Shown one piece after another: positions 25,901 through 40,569 of a DNA stretch of 64,000 bases; the first letter of the stretch is position 1; the number at the start of each line of letters is the position of its first letter. Origin of the DNA: the human T2T-CHM13v2.0 reference genome, Homo sapiens; NCBI RefSeq assembly GCF_009914755.1, contig NC_060937.1, one strand, 5' to 3'. Made by a program: the position numbers and the translations under genes. Below the pieces are notes generated by a model that saw only the letters and a program-made list of their open reading frames with translations, had not been told where the DNA came from and ran no database searches.

Positions 25901-27451
25901 TAGAGAATTAAAAAGAACAGAGGAGTGAGGAGTAAATTATTTCTCTTTCAGGCCAGTAGTAAACCTAGATAGACTAAGTGGCTTATATTTTAGAGCTGTC
26001 TATATTGAAGTATTTCTGTACCTATAAAGATATCTTTTGCACTTCAACCCTCCTTTCTTCCTTAAGTATTACTTAATTCTTAATTAATAAATATTTCTTG
26101 ATATTTATTGATTTTGTATTTCTCATAATATACCACTTATCACAAATAAATTTGCACATTTTATCTCCATGTAAGTATCTCATCTCTTCCTATAAGTTTT
26201 TCTATTTTTCTTTTGTTTTACTGTGTTATTCTCCTCAAGACGCTTTAATACCTACCACTCAGTTTTTGAAATGCCTTTTAAAATTTTCTCAGGCCACACT
26301 AAAAAGCAATTACCTGTAAAGAAGTTAATCCCTTGCAAATTTATTTTGTTCATTATATTCAATGCACATGATAAACTAATGTTGTTAATACATGTACGTC
26401 TAAATTGTAGTAATGCATGTAAATATAAACATATTTACGAATTTAAACTTTGTAACCCTCTACCCTCCAGGTTTGCCTAGGAAAGTGTATTTTATTAGCT
26501 GATAATTTTAGAGAAAGTGCTATTTTCATGCTTAAATTTCTTCTCATATATAGTGGCATATTACATGTTTTTAAATAATAAAAAGTAATGCTGTGCTAAT
26601 TATTATTTTTATTCTTTTATTTTAAGCTAATAGCACAGTACATTAGTATTTCTCAAGTCACAATATTCTATAGTAAGTTCCAAGTAAGGACCTTTTTTGT
26701 TTGACTGTTTTTTCTTCACTTATTTTCTCAATTATATTCTCAGTCCAACTGAAGCATACATTGAGGGTATTTGGTACACATTTTAGTTATTTAATTCTTC
26801 CAAAGCAAAGTTTATATATGTGTTTATATATTTTATATTTATGTAGCAATATGCTTTATTTGATAATAGATTTACATTTTGTGTTTATTTTTAAAATGTA
26901 CTTAACATATTTTGCTACATTTTTCATCCCATTTCTTTGTTGTAACTCCGTCTTTTATGTTTGACATCTAACTTGTGTTTATAGATGTCAATATAATTAT
27001 ATTACTGCCTGTTGCATAGCACTTCAGTTTTTTGCTTATACCACCTTTTATTTATATAGTTCTCTTACATAATTTAAGTAATTTTTTTATTTTTATTTTT
27101 TTGCCAGCAAAACATGGCTATGAATCCTATTATATAAAAATCCTGTGGACCTCTGGAAAGTAATTTTTTTTAGTTATTTACTCAGGACAACTGCTGAGTG
27201 ATAAGGCATACATAATTTCATTAATTACTGCAAGATCACTCTCAGTATGGCTGCGTTATATATTTCCACCAGAAATGCAAAGGTTGTTGATTTATTCCTT
27301 TTTGACTGTGCCTATTTTCCCTGTTTCTAACTTTTCCCATATTATGAGCTTAAACTAGTATGTCATTATTATCACCTGCATTTCTTCAATTATTAGTGCA
27401 GTTAACTATGGTTTTACATATTAGCTAGCAATTAAAGTTTTCTTTCTGTTT

Positions 27452-30400
27452 AAAAAATGTTTGTGGGTACATAGTAGGCATATATATTTATGGAGTACAT
27501 GAGATACTCTGACACTAGCATGCAAGGCATAATAGTTACATCATAATAAATGGGGTGTCCATTCCCTCAAGTGTTTGCCCTTTGTGTTACAAGCCATCCA
27601 ATTATATTTTTAGTTATATTAATATGTATAATTAAATTATTGTTGACTATAGTCACTCTGTGGCGCTATAAAATATTAGGTCTTATTCATTCTTCTTACT
27701 ACTTTTTGTACGTATTAACCATCTTCACTTCCACTCTTCACTCCTCCCTTTCTCAGCCTCTGGAAACGATCCTTCTACTCTCTAACTCCTGAGTTCAATT
27801 GTTTTACATTTTAGTACCAACAAATAAGTGAAAACATGCAGTTTGTCTTTCTGTGCCTGGCTTATTTCACTTAACATGACCCTCAATTCCACCCATATTG
27901 TTGCAAATGACAAGATCTCTTTACTTTTTCTGGATGAATATTACTCCATTATGTATATGTGCTAGATTTTCTTTTTCCAGTCATCTGTTGGTGGACACTT
28001 AGATTCCTTCCAAATCGTGGCTATGGTGAACAGTGCTGCAACAAACATGAGAGTGCAGCAATCCCTTCCAAATACTGATTTTCTTCTTTTGAGGTCTATA
28101 CCTAGTGGGATTGCTCTATCCTATGGCAGCTCCAGTTTTTGTTTTTGAGGAACCTCTATACCGTTCTCCATAGTGTTTGAACTAATTTACATTCCCACCA
28201 AAGTGTATGAAAGTTCCCTTTTCTATACATACTCATAAGCATTCATTATTGCCTCTTTTGGAGAAAAGTCATTTTAACTGAGGTGACATGATATATCATT
28301 GTAGTTTTGATTTGCATTTATCTGATGATCAATGATGTTGAGTGCCTTTTCATAGGCCTATTTGCCATTTGTATGTCTTTTGAGAAATATCTAATAATAT
28401 CTCAAGGTATTTTCCTATATTTTTTATCTTGTTTCTTTATGGTATAACTCAGTCTATTATATCTGATATCTAGCTTGTGTTTATATATGTGTATTTGTGT
28501 TTATATGTATATAAACACAAGTTAGATGTCAAATACAAAAATACAAATTGCTCTAGCCTTTTGTATAAGGCAATCAGACAAGAGAAAGAAACAAAGGGCA
28601 TCCAAATTGGAAAGTAAGAAGACTAATTATCTTTGTTTGCATATGATATAATCTGTAATTTGGAAACACCTAAAGACTCCACCAAAAAACTATTAAAACT
28701 GATAAATTTGCTAAAGGTTCAGGATAGAAAATTAACTTACAAAAATGAATAGCCAACACTGAACAATCTGAAAAACTTTTGCTCATTTTTAATCAGATTA
28801 TTAGATTTATTTCTATCCAGTTGTCTGAGCTCCTTATATATTCTGGTTATTAACACCTGGTCAGTTGGGTAGTTTGCAAATATTTTTTCCCATTCTGTGG
28901 GTTGTTCCTTCACTTTGTTGATTGTTTCCTTTCCCATGCAGAAGTTTCTTAATGTGCTGTGATCCCAATTGTCCATTTTTGCTTTGGTTGCCTTGACTGT
29001 GGGGCATGACTCAAAAAACTTTTGCCCAGACCAATGTCCTGGAGTTTCCTCAATGTTTCCTTGTAGTAGTTTCATGGTTTGAAGTCTTAGATTTAAGTCT
29101 TTTATCCATTTTTCTTTGATTATTGTATATGGTGAGAGATAAGGGTCTAATTTCATTCTTCTGCATATATAATTTTCCCCGAAACATTTATTGAAGAAAC
29201 TGTTTTTTCCCTAATGTTTGTCCCCAATGTTTGTTTTTGGTACTTTTTTCAAAATGAGTTCACTGTACTTGGATGGATTTGATTCTGGGTTTTCTACTCT
29301 GTTGCATGTGTCTGTTTTTAGGGCAGTACCATCCTGTTTTGGTTATTATAGCTCCGTAGTATAATTTGAAGTCAGATAATGTGATCCCTCCAGTTTTCTT
29401 TAGGTAGTATGGACTGTTAAACAATATTGATTCTTCCAATCCATGAACATGAAATAACTTCCCAATTTATTGTGTCCTCTTCAATTTCATTCATCATTGT
29501 TTCATAGTTTTCACTGGAGAGATCTTTAACTTCTTTGGTTAATTCCTATTTAATTTTATTTCTAACTAATGTTAAGTGGGAATACTATTTTGACTTCTTT
29601 TTCAGATTGTTCAGTGTTGGCTATTCATTTTTGTATGTTAATTTTGTATCCTGAACCTTTAGCAAATTTATCAGTTCTAATAGTTTTTTGGTGGAGTCTT
29701 TAGGTGTTTCCAAGTTACAGATTACATCATATGCAAACAAAGATAATTTGTCTTCTTACTTTCCAATTTGGATGTCCTTTGTTTCTTTCTCTTGTCTGAT
29801 TGCTCTAGCTAGGTCTCCGAGTACTATGTTGAATAAAAGTGGGGAAAGTGGGCATCTTGTCATTTTCCAAATCTTAGAGGAAAGGCTATTAGGTTTTCCC
29901 CATTCAGGATGATGCTAGCTATGAGTCTGTCATATATGACTTTTATTATGTTGAGGTATGTTTCTTCTATACCCAGTTTTCTAAGGGGTTTTATTATGAA
30001 GGGATCTTGAAATTTATCAAATAATTTTTCAGCATCAATTGAAATGACCATATGGTTTTGTCCTTCATTCTGTTGATATGCTGTATCAAATTGACTGATT
30101 TGCATACGTTAAACCATCCCCATATCCCTGAGATAAATCCCATTTGGTCATGATGAATCATCTTTTTAATGTATTGTTGAATTTGTTTTGCTCATGTTGA
30201 GGATTTTTGCATCAAAAATCAGAGATATTGGGGTGTAATTTTCTTGCATTTTCTTTTTTATTTTTGATGTGTCTTTGTCCGGTTTTGGTATCAAGGTAAT
30301 ACTAAACTCATTGGATGAGTTTGAAAACATTCTCTCTCTTCTATATTTCAGGATAGTTTGAGTAGGATTGAGATTATTTACTTTTTAAATGTTTGGCAGA

Positions 30401-33400
30401 ATCAACAGTGAAGCCATGGGTTCCAGGCTTTTCTTTGCTGGGAGACTTTTTATTATGACTTCCATCTCATTACTTGTTCAGGTTTCAAATTACTTCATGG
30501 TTCAATATTGGTAGTTTGTATTTGTCTAGGAATGTATCCACTTCCTCTAAATTTTTAAAATTTATTGGCATATATTTGCTCCTAATAGCCACTAATGGTC
30601 CTTTGAATTACTGCAGTATCAGTTGTTATGTTTCCTTTCTCATCTGTGATTTTATTTATTTGGATCTTCTCTCTTTTTTTTCTTAGTTTGCCTAAAGTTG
30701 GCAATTTTGTTTAACTTTACAAAAGAACCACTTTTCCTTTCATCGATATTTTTAATTGGTTTCTTTAGTTCAAATTAATTTATTTCTGCTCTGCTCTTAA
30801 TTATTTTCTTCTACTAATTTTTGATTTGGTTTGCTATTGCTTTTCTAGTTTTTTAAGATGCATCATTATGTTGCTTGAGTTTTTTCTTCTTTGATATAGG
30901 CACTTACAGCTAAAAACTTAGTACTGCTTAGGACTGCCTCTTAGTGCTGCTTTTGCTGTATCTCATAGATTTTGACATGTTTTCCATCATCATTTGTTAG
31001 ATTTGCAAATGTTATCATTCCATAATCATTTGTTTCAAGAATTTTTTCAATTTTATTCTGAATTTCTCCATTGACCCATTGGTTATTCAGGAGTATATTG
31101 TTTAATAACTGTGAGTTTTTATGGTTTCCAGAATTCATCTTGTTATTAATTTCTGGTTTTATTCCATTGTGGTCAGAGAAGATGCTTGATATTATTTTAA
31201 TTTTTTGAATGTTTTAAGATATGTTTTGTGACCTAACATATAGTCTATCCTTGAGAATGACCCATGTGCTAAGAAGAAGAATGTGTATTCTGTAGATATT
31301 GGATAAAACATTCGTAAATATCTATTCAGTCCATTTGTTCTTTAGTGCAGGTTAGGTCTGATATTTATTTGTTTATTTTATGTCTGAAAGAACAATCCAG
31401 TGCTGAAAGTGGGGTGTGGAAGTCTCCAGATAGTATTGATGTATATCTCTCTCTTTAGCTGTAATAATATTGGATATATATATATATATTTTCCAGCATT
31501 GGGAATATATATTAATGTATTCACAATTGTTTTACCCTCTCACTGAACTGACACTTTTGTAATTATTTAGTAACTTTCTTTGTCTCTTCTTACAGTTTTT
31601 CTCTTGAAATACATTTTGTCTAATATAAGTTTAGCTACTTCTGATGTTTTTTGGTTTCTATTGGTACGAAATATCTTTTTTCATCCCTTTATTTTTAGTG
31701 TATATGTATCTTTGTAGGTGAAGTGTTTTTCTTGTAGGCAAAAGACCTTGGGTTCTTTTTTTCTTTTTCATTCATTCAGCTACTGTATGTCTTTTGACTG
31801 GAGAGTTTAGTCCATTTATATTCAATGTTATTACTGATGAGAAAGGGCTTACTCTTGTCATTTTGTTATTTGTTTTCTGGTTGTTTTGTGGTCTTCTCTT
31901 TCTTCTTTCCTTCCTTTCTTGTCTTCTTTTTAGTGAAGGTGATTTTCACTCTGATTTAATTTGTTGTATGATTTAATTTGTTGCTTTTTATTTTTTGTGT
32001 ATCCATTGTATGTTTTTTTTTTAATTTGAGGTTTACCACGAGGCTTGCAAATAGTATCTTATATCCCATTAGAATAATAGTGTAAACAAACAAACAAGGA
32101 AAAAGAAAACTAATAAAAACTCTATGCCTTAGTTTTTTTCTCTTTTTTACTTTTTGTTGTTTCTCTGTGTCTAATTGTACTGTCTATATCTTCAAAAGCT
32201 ATTGTCATTATTATTTTTTATTGGTTCACCATTTTGTCTTTTCTACTTAAGGAAAGAGTAGTTTACACACCACAATTACAGCATTAACATACCCATGTTT
32301 TTCTGCCAGGGGATGGGGGTGGTCAGAAATTCAAGATTGTTTTCCTACCTTTTCCTACACTGAAGAGTGTCTCTTTCAGTGATATAAAGTTAAAACCAGG
32401 TACCATGATTGCTCATCTGATTTTTGGTACTTATGACAGTTCTTTCACGTGGGTGTTTACTATTACTAGTGAGTTTTGTACCTTCAGATGATTTCTTACT
32501 ATTCATTAGCAGTCTCTTCTTTCAGATTGAAGAACTCTGTCATTTCTTGCAGGACAGGTCTAGTGTTAAATCCCCCAACTTTTGTTTGTCTGGAAAAAGT
32601 CTGTTTCTCTTTTATGTTTGAAGGATATTTTTGCCTTCATATACTATTCTAGGGTAATTTTTTCCCCCACAACATTTTAAATATGTCATGCCACTCTCTC
32701 CTGACCTGTAAGGTTTCCATTGAAAAGCCTGCTGCCTAACACATTGGAGTACCTTTGTATGTTATTTGCTTATTTTTGCTTGCCACTTTCAGAATCCTTT
32801 CTTTTTTCTTTACCTTTAGGTTGATTACTAAATGTCTTGAAGTAGTCTTATTTGGGTTAAATCTGCTTGATTGTTCTACAGCCTTCCTGTAATTGAATAT
32901 TGGTATCTATCCCTAAGTTTGTGAAGTTGTGTTATTGTGACTTCAAATAAATTTCCTACCTCGATCTCACTCTCTGCCTTCTCTTTAAGGCCAATGACTA
33001 TTAGATTTGCCAATTTGATGGCTATTTGTCAGATCTGGTAGTTATACATCATTCTATGACTTGGCTAGGAATTGAAGTTTTTGTATCTTACACAGTCTTT
33101 CAAGTTTACTTAGAACTCCAGAGCACTTTAGCCCATGGTGGTGAGACTTGCTGAGAAACTCTAGTTCCAACTGCTGGGATGGGCGTTTTCCCTCTGGCAA
33201 GGGCTCGTTCAAATTATCCCTCTGAAGTTGGAGACTGGCTGAGCCTAGCACAGCTTTGAGATCTTCTGTGACAAGGCAGCACTGAGTTCAATGCCAAGTC
33301 CCCCAGTCACTGTGCTCTCCCTCCCCCAAGTGCACAGATTCTCTCTTCACGCCACGTGACTTCTGCCAGGGGTTGGGGGTGGTGGTGTCAGAAATTCAAG

Positions 33401-33590
33401 ACTGTCTTTTCTACCCTCTTCAGTGCCTCTTTCAGTGACATAAAGTGAAAATCAGGTACTGTGATTGCTCTTCTGATTTTTGGTTCTTATGACGGTTCTT
33501 TCATGTGTGTAGCTGGTTGTTAAAATTTGATGTTTCTGCAGAGGGAATGATTGGTGGAGGCTTCAATTCTGCCATATTGCTCCATCCTCA
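27452..33590 (-). mobile_element. Near full-length, rearranged L1MA1-3-type element
   Basis: 3' end TTTGTGGGTACATAGTAGG..., reverse ORF2 (ORF track 28737-29156, 29860-30105), ORF1 remnants and 5' UTR to ~33590. Approximate TSD ATTAA(A)GTTTTCT on both sides. Confidence 0.85.
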
Positions 33591-35746
33591 ACCATTAAGT
33601 TTTCTACCTCTGTGATTGCTTAAACACAAACTGCTCATAATGCTATTGATTACATAGTTCCTGATTCTCTACGTTATGATGCTATTTCAAAATAACATAA
33701 TTTTAAGTCTATAACCGTTTAGAAATTGCACACATCACCATCCTGTCTTACATGTGGATATATTTTTGCTGCCTTTTATTGAACTAAAATCTTTAGTTTT
33801 GATACACTTATCTGTACCCATTATAGTTTGTCTTTATAAAAAGATAAAAGATATTTCTGCATACACATGTTCCAAAACTATTTGATGTTTTATTCTATTA
33901 TTGTCTTAGTTTTTGGTTTTTATAAGATATTTAATCCTTTTATATTGGTTTTGGTATGGTGTGATAACATCTTTTTATTTTTCACAAAATAGTGAACAAA
34001 TTTCCCCACATCATTTAATAAGAAAACTTTTAATTTACCCACTGACTATTGAAGACACTTATATTATATACAAATTATAATATATAGAGGAAAGTTTCAG
34101 ACTCTGCGTGGTTTTTGATCCTTGTCTTTGCATTTTTCCCAGTTCTTCATTATTTTCACTATTTGGTCTTCATAGACATTTTGTTTTGAACCAATTTTAT
34201 AATTAATGAAAACGTTGCAGAAAAATACAAAGAGTTCTTATCTGTCTCTCAACTTTTCCTATTTTTAACATCTCACAAAAACATGCAATTATCAAGAACA
34301 GGAAATTAACACTGATACAATATTACTAACTAGACTATTGACCATACTCAAACTTTTTCTACTTTTTCACCAATGTCCTTTTAAAACTGCTTAATAGTGT
34401 GCTCTCTCTTTGGCTTATTTTAAAAAATTATCTGTAATAAACTACCCTATAAATCAAGCATATTTATCCTCTCATATTAAATTTAGACAGTTTGTCATAA
34501 TTTCATTCCACTTGAAATCAATAAAACTGTAACAATTTCAGATAAACTTGTGGAAATTTGAGATTTGTATGATAATGACTTGTCTCATGCAAAAGAAACA
34601 GGGTTTCTCATCATTATTATCAGCTATTTTTTCCTAAAATATATGTTATTTCCCTCCATAAATGTTCCACTTATTTGTAGTTAGATATAATCCTATATAA
34701 TTTTTCTTTCTTATTACTAAAATTATATTTTATTTTCTGTTTTGGTTTTTATTTTTGTCAAACTTATCAATGCATATAGTTTAAAATATTAACTTGTTAA
34801 TTAGATACCTTAATAGACAACAAATAGCAATCCCTAGCCTCCCACCTTACCTTACGTTTTATGAGTGACTTTAAAGAAAATCGCTCATATTTACCTCTGA
34901 ATTTCTAAATAACTAAGTTATATTTCCACTTTTCACTCCTTAAATGTAAGCATAATGTATTTCCTAAGATGATGACTTAGTTTCTTTCTCTCAGCCCCAC
35001 TACATTCTTGCATATAAAATATGTATAATTCTGGCCAGATTATTATTCATTACCCACACTATTATGTCTGCTACTTAGAGTTACACTATATGGTAAACTA
35101 GGATTAATTATCCTTTTTGCGATGTTTTCATTTGCATTCCATGGAGTAATTTTCTTTTCCATTTATTTTCTTGTCCATGAATTTATTAATAATTGAACCC
35201 AACTCTCCTCTAGGAAAATCATTCATTCTAATATCAGATCACTTTTATCTACTTGAAGGGCTGTGTCCTGCCATCTTCCGACCTGTTCCTATCTGAATTG
35301 ATTGTTCTTCGATATTTGTGCACGTCTCCTATCCTGGAATATCTCTGCATTGCCCATTTTTGGGAATGCACCACATGCTTCCTGGTTTTGGTGTCTTCTA
35401 CTTTCTTAAAATCCTCCCTCATTAGAATGAATATCATGTTACATGAAAAAATGAGTGTATGGAGTAAATATTTTGAATTCTTACAGGTCCTGAAATATCT
35501 TTATTCTACCAAAACACTTGATTGATTATTTAGCTGGCAATTATTTTCATTCAGAACTTTCAGACATGGTTTTATCATCTTCTCGTTTCCAGAGCTGCTA
35601 CTGAAAATCTGAAATGATTTTGATGCCCAAATATTTCATGTAAAGTGTCTTTTTTAATGAAAGTTCTCTGCTGGCAGATGTCATTTGAGCAGGGGTCTGA
35701 ATAATATGAATGTTGAACTAGTTCTTGAGATTATGTGAACGGTAGC

Positions 35747-36207
35747 TGTTTTCATTTCCTGTAGCTGCTATAACTTATTACCAAATACTTGGTAGCTTGA
35801 AACAACAGAGATACATTCTGTTACATGTCCAAAGAGCAGAAGCCTGAAATGGGTCTTGCAGGGCTAAAAGTAAGGTATCAACAGGGCTGGCATCCTTGCC
35901 GGTTCCAGTTTTGGTGACTGCAAGTATTCTTTGGTTTGTGGCTATATTAGTCCAATCTCTGCTTCTATAGTCACATACCCTCTCCTCTTCTGTAGTGAAA
36001 TCTCTGTCTGCCACTGTCTTAAGAGGAAACCTGTGATAATATTGGATTACAGTGGGACTGCCTGGATAACCTTACTATCTTAAAATCCACAACTTAATCA
36101 TCTCTGCAAAGGCTCTTTTAATGAGAAAGGTATCATATTCAGAGTTTCTGAAGTTCAGATAGCAACATCTTTTAGGGGGTGAAGGGATAATTTTTAAGCT
36201 TACCACA
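35747..36207 (-). mobile_element. MLT1C/D-like MaLR LTR
   Basis: TGTTTTCATTTCCTGTAGCTGCTATAAC...GCTTGAAACAACAGAG...GCTTACCACA; TSD GTAGC/GTAGT. Confidence 0.8.
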
Positions 36208-36539
36208 GTAGTCAATCAGAAAAAAAAAAGATAGTCAATGCAAAGATGTTTTCTGATTTATTGAATATGGTAAGAATTTCATGTGTCATGGAAGGGTACA
36301 ACATAGGCTAGAGCAGAAGGTCAGAGTTGACTTTGTGCATGGTATTGAAATTCATTCAGGGGTTCACAAAGAATGAGGGATTTCTTTCTTTAAAATCAGC
36401 AATAAAAGAATCCTCTTCTTAGAAAGTGTAGATGCTAGCCACTTCGTAGTCTATTGCTTCTCACACTCATTATTATTACAAATAAACAACTTAAGGTTAG
36501 GGAGCACATACTACTAATTTTGATAATAATAACAATAAA

Positions 36540-36720
36540 AGCTGACATTTGTTCTTTATTTACTGTGAGAAAAGCTCTATTGTCAGCATTTTAAATGAAT
36601 ATTTTCATTCACTTCTCACAACAATCTTATTATCACCATCCGCATTCTCCAAATGAAGGGTTATGTGACTTGCACGAGGTCACACTAAGGTTTGAAGTCA
36701 GAATTGGAATTCAGGCTCCA
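36540..36720 (-). mobile_element. MIR fragment
   Basis: CTCACAACAATCTT...GGGTTATGTGACTTGCACGAGGTCACAC...GAATTGGAATTCAGG. Confidence 0.6.
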
Positions 36721-36799
36721 TTTCTTCTGAAGCCACATGGAAAGTCCACCAAACGTATCCTGAGGGAAAAAATCAGCGAGCATTTCTTCCCCCTTGTAG

Positions 36800-37290
36800 C
36801 TCCTGCCATTTGTCCTAGGGAGTGTCCCAGTAATGAGATGAGCATGAATGGTTGGTTCCACCAGGTCTAATTTGAGTATGCAATGCAATTAATATAGAAT
36901 AAATATATTTCCTTTTAAAGGAGTAAAACATAATTAAAATATGTTAATTATAAATTTAAGAATACCGTAGTTCTCCCTAAGCATGTTTAATTGATAAAGG
37001 TCAATTGGTAACATTCAGAGTGGTGATTTAATCCTGAAATATTGAGAATTTTTGTATGACTCAGGTCATAGTTTCCTAATTAGTGAAATTACGTATTTAA
37101 TTTCCAGAGACTAGAATAACTTCTGTACTTTGCAATCCTGAAAGGCTCTGCCAAAATACCTTTTGGCTGTGAAATGCAGTTTTGTTTTATTTCCCTAGGA
37201 GCGGGCAAGGAAAATACAAAGCAATCCTCTATACTCCATGATTAGATGCTTTCCAGTAGAAAAGACATTGGGTTTTAATGATTGTTCTCC
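36800..37290 (+). pseudogene. Cadherin-repeat relic, block F (weak)
   Basis: Acceptor-like CCCCTTGTAG and TTCCCTAG. FAI/PE. GQGKYKAILY/SMIRCFPVEKTLG (~37203-37272; cf. D.G..G.ILYS.....F.V.K.TG). Confidence 0.35.
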
Positions 37291-37699
37291 AACTATTCAA
37301 AGCAATTTAATTAATTTATAGAATTTAAAATGTTATAAATTCTGGAATAATACAAAGACCTATCATCTTGGTCAAGCTGAGAACATGGATGGGGTCTCTG
37401 TTTCCTAAGTTTAATTTTCTGTTTTACAATAAATTAATCCTCATTTAGGAGGCAAGGGAGTCTTTGTAATGTTGTTCAAATGAGTTCATCTGCTTTTGAT
37501 TTGGGCCCACTTGACTCTGCATTTCCAATTTTCCTTGGTATGTAGTTCTAAATCCAAGTGGCTGGATCAAATCACTGAATGCTAACACAGTCTTCTTTAT
37601 GTGTATATACCAAAGTGTTTCAAAGTCTCTCTTTCTGTGCATTGAAATAATAGAGTATATTTCCCTCCCCTCCCCTACACTCATATTGTGATGTTACCC

Positions 37700-38247
37700 A
37701 GGCTTGTGCTTTTATTTCTTAATAATTCATCACCCTTCACATTTTTTCTTGGGAGACCCTATTTTTGTCCATGGCTTCAACTATCATTTTTATACTGATG
37801 TTCTTAACCCACTCCTTCTTCTGAGATCCAAAGTAATCAACCAAACTTCCTCTTCAGCATCATCACCAGGTGGTCCCTTAGGTACGTTAAGACCAACATG
37901 TTCACAACACCCACACACGCACCTGCACACACACATGCACACACTCACACCATTCTGACCCATAACTCCAAAGCTATTCATTTTCATACATTCCTTTTCT
38001 CAATAAATTGCATTTCTAGCTATCCAGGTGTCCAAGCCTTTCATGATTTGCCTAGCTGCCTTCTTCTCTCTCAGGGAATCTCAACTTGGATTGATCTTTA
38101 GAATCACCTATAAACTATAAAATAATACTATAACTGAACTCCCACCAGAAATTCTGATTTAATGTGTTTGAATGAAGTTAGGACATTTATTTGTTTCTTA
38201 AAAGCTGAACAGGTAGTTCTAGTTACATCAGCGTTAAGAACCACTGC
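37700..38247 (+). mobile_element. L2 fragment followed by a MER5A-like fragment
   Basis: CCATGGCTTCAACTATCAT...ATACTGATG (L2); CCAGAAATTCTGATTTAAT...TTAAGAACCACTG (MER5A end). Confidence 0.55.
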
Positions 38248-38605
38248 TTCATGTTATCCAGCTTTCAACAGGTTACCAACTATATCGATCACTGGTTTGC
38301 AACCTTTGCTGAATACTGTAATTAACTGGGGAACCTAGAAATATACTATACGTGAATTCTGCTTGTTTACCACCAAGGCTAATAACCACCCTCATAGATA
38401 CCATCTCAGATAGCTGATCCCTGACAACCCTATGCTAACCCACATTTATTGCCTTGATCCAGGCAGTAATTCTCAGACAGTTACTAGAAGCTTATAGTTC
38501 TCTAATCTCACTGCTGCCAAAGAGATTTTCTTAAAACATAAATCTGACTATGGTCCTGGTCCTACATTTCCTAAAATCTTCCGGAAAGTCATTCAGCTTC
38601 TGTAG

Positions 38606-38944
<339 letters not shown>

Positions 38945-40511
38945 TAAACCAATTTTACCAATAACAACATCAAAGAAGAGTGGTAGGCACAATATTTGAG
39001 CACAGGTGTAAAAGACTAAGTCCCACAATTTTATTTCATAGTTGTAGTGTTCATTAAACACAATGTTCCCACAAACAAAATATAGGTCTCTTGTGGCAAG
39101 GGCATTTTCAATAAAGTGGCTGGCTGGTAGTAATAATAAAAGAATAACAATAACAACAAAACACCAAAAGCTACTAAAGAGTTAAATGTATATTTCTGTA
39201 TAATTTAGATAAGTCCAAGACGTTCTCAATCATGGACTATTAACAAATGGCTTAAACCACCTAGAGTTATTTTATTCAGCGTCATTTGTAATAGCCAGAT
39301 TGTTTAAGTGTTTCAATCAAACTGATTCTGCAAACAGTTCTTAGTAATGTTGAACTTAAACTGTTCAAAAAAAAATCTAGTCAATAAGATTAAGTGTTTT
39401 ACACTTCAGGTGTTCAGAAAAGCAAACAAAAAGTCAAACATCTGTGGCTCTAGATGATAATTTAGAACCCTTCTACTTTCTGAATTGTGTAATATTTTAA
39501 ATCCCAAATGGCTTCAGTATTACTCCAAAGATTGCTGCTATTACACAGTATCCAAAGCTAATGTTAATACTTCTGAATAGAGAGATTAAAAACAATATCT
39601 GAAGACCCAAGGGGTTATAACAACCTGCACTGTTTTTCATAAAATTAAGATTATAATCTATGTTTATATCTGTCTCATCTATTTACCTCTAACTCACATA
39701 ATATTATTTATTAATTTTTTAAGGGTCATCATAAAACCCTGTCAAGTATCTTTTATCTATTTAAAACAAACAAACAAAAATAGAGAGCTGTAATTCTGAA
39801 TAACTCAATGTGTGGCCCGAGCAGCGGCTTAATATGTTTTCTTCTTATGATCCCCGGTCTGTGAATACTCAGAATCCATGTGCTGAACTTCTTTTGAGAT
39901 TCACCACCATTCTATATACAAACTCCTCTGGCACTCATTAAATGTGCTGGTTGTCCTAACTTGACCTCATGCAACTGGCCACACTGATTTATTCAGCAGT
40001 GTGCTCCTGACACAAGGTAGGCTAGTGAGGGTTCTTCTCTTGGATTTTTAAGGTAGATTTAAGAAGGAAGATTCATCTCTCTCTGTGGCTGAAGCCTGAC
40101 ACTGAGTCTTGGAAGTTGTCATTGGTGAGATCTCAGTTTTTCAACCAAGTGAAGTAAGCCAGTCTACTATGAGAAAAAAATAATGAAGCTAAAATAAAAG
40201 ATGCAGAAAGAGATCTGGCAGCTTTCTGATTTGTATTTTATTTTTGCTTAACTTACAATGGAATGCCTTTCCTATCTAGATTTTAGTTGTTCACACTCCT
40301 TGAATTAAATGAGCCAATGGTCCCCACTAATCTATCATAGTTTGACCCATATCTGTCTGAGACATATGTTTGTTCGATCAACCTGCTTAGTTGGATGCCA
40401 TAGTGTTCTATATGGTTAGACTTCATGGCCTAAATTCAAATTGTGTGTGCAGTAGATATAAATAGAAGTAAGAAGCCAAGCATTTCCTGACAAAAGCATT
40501 GCTTTTTGGTG

Positions 40512-40569
40512 ATATTTTAAACGTTTAAAATATTTTAAACGTTTAAAATATTTTAAACGTTTAAAATAT
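40512..40569. repeat. Tandem 18-bp palindromic unit x3 forming a 58-bp perfect palindrome
   Basis: A(TATTTTAAACGTTTAAAA)3TAT equals its own reverse complement. Confidence 0.97.

Noticed and set aside
39940-40330. Possible MLT1J/K-type LTR (also 53720-54020)
   Set aside because: The resemblance is too weak to set boundaries or family by eye.
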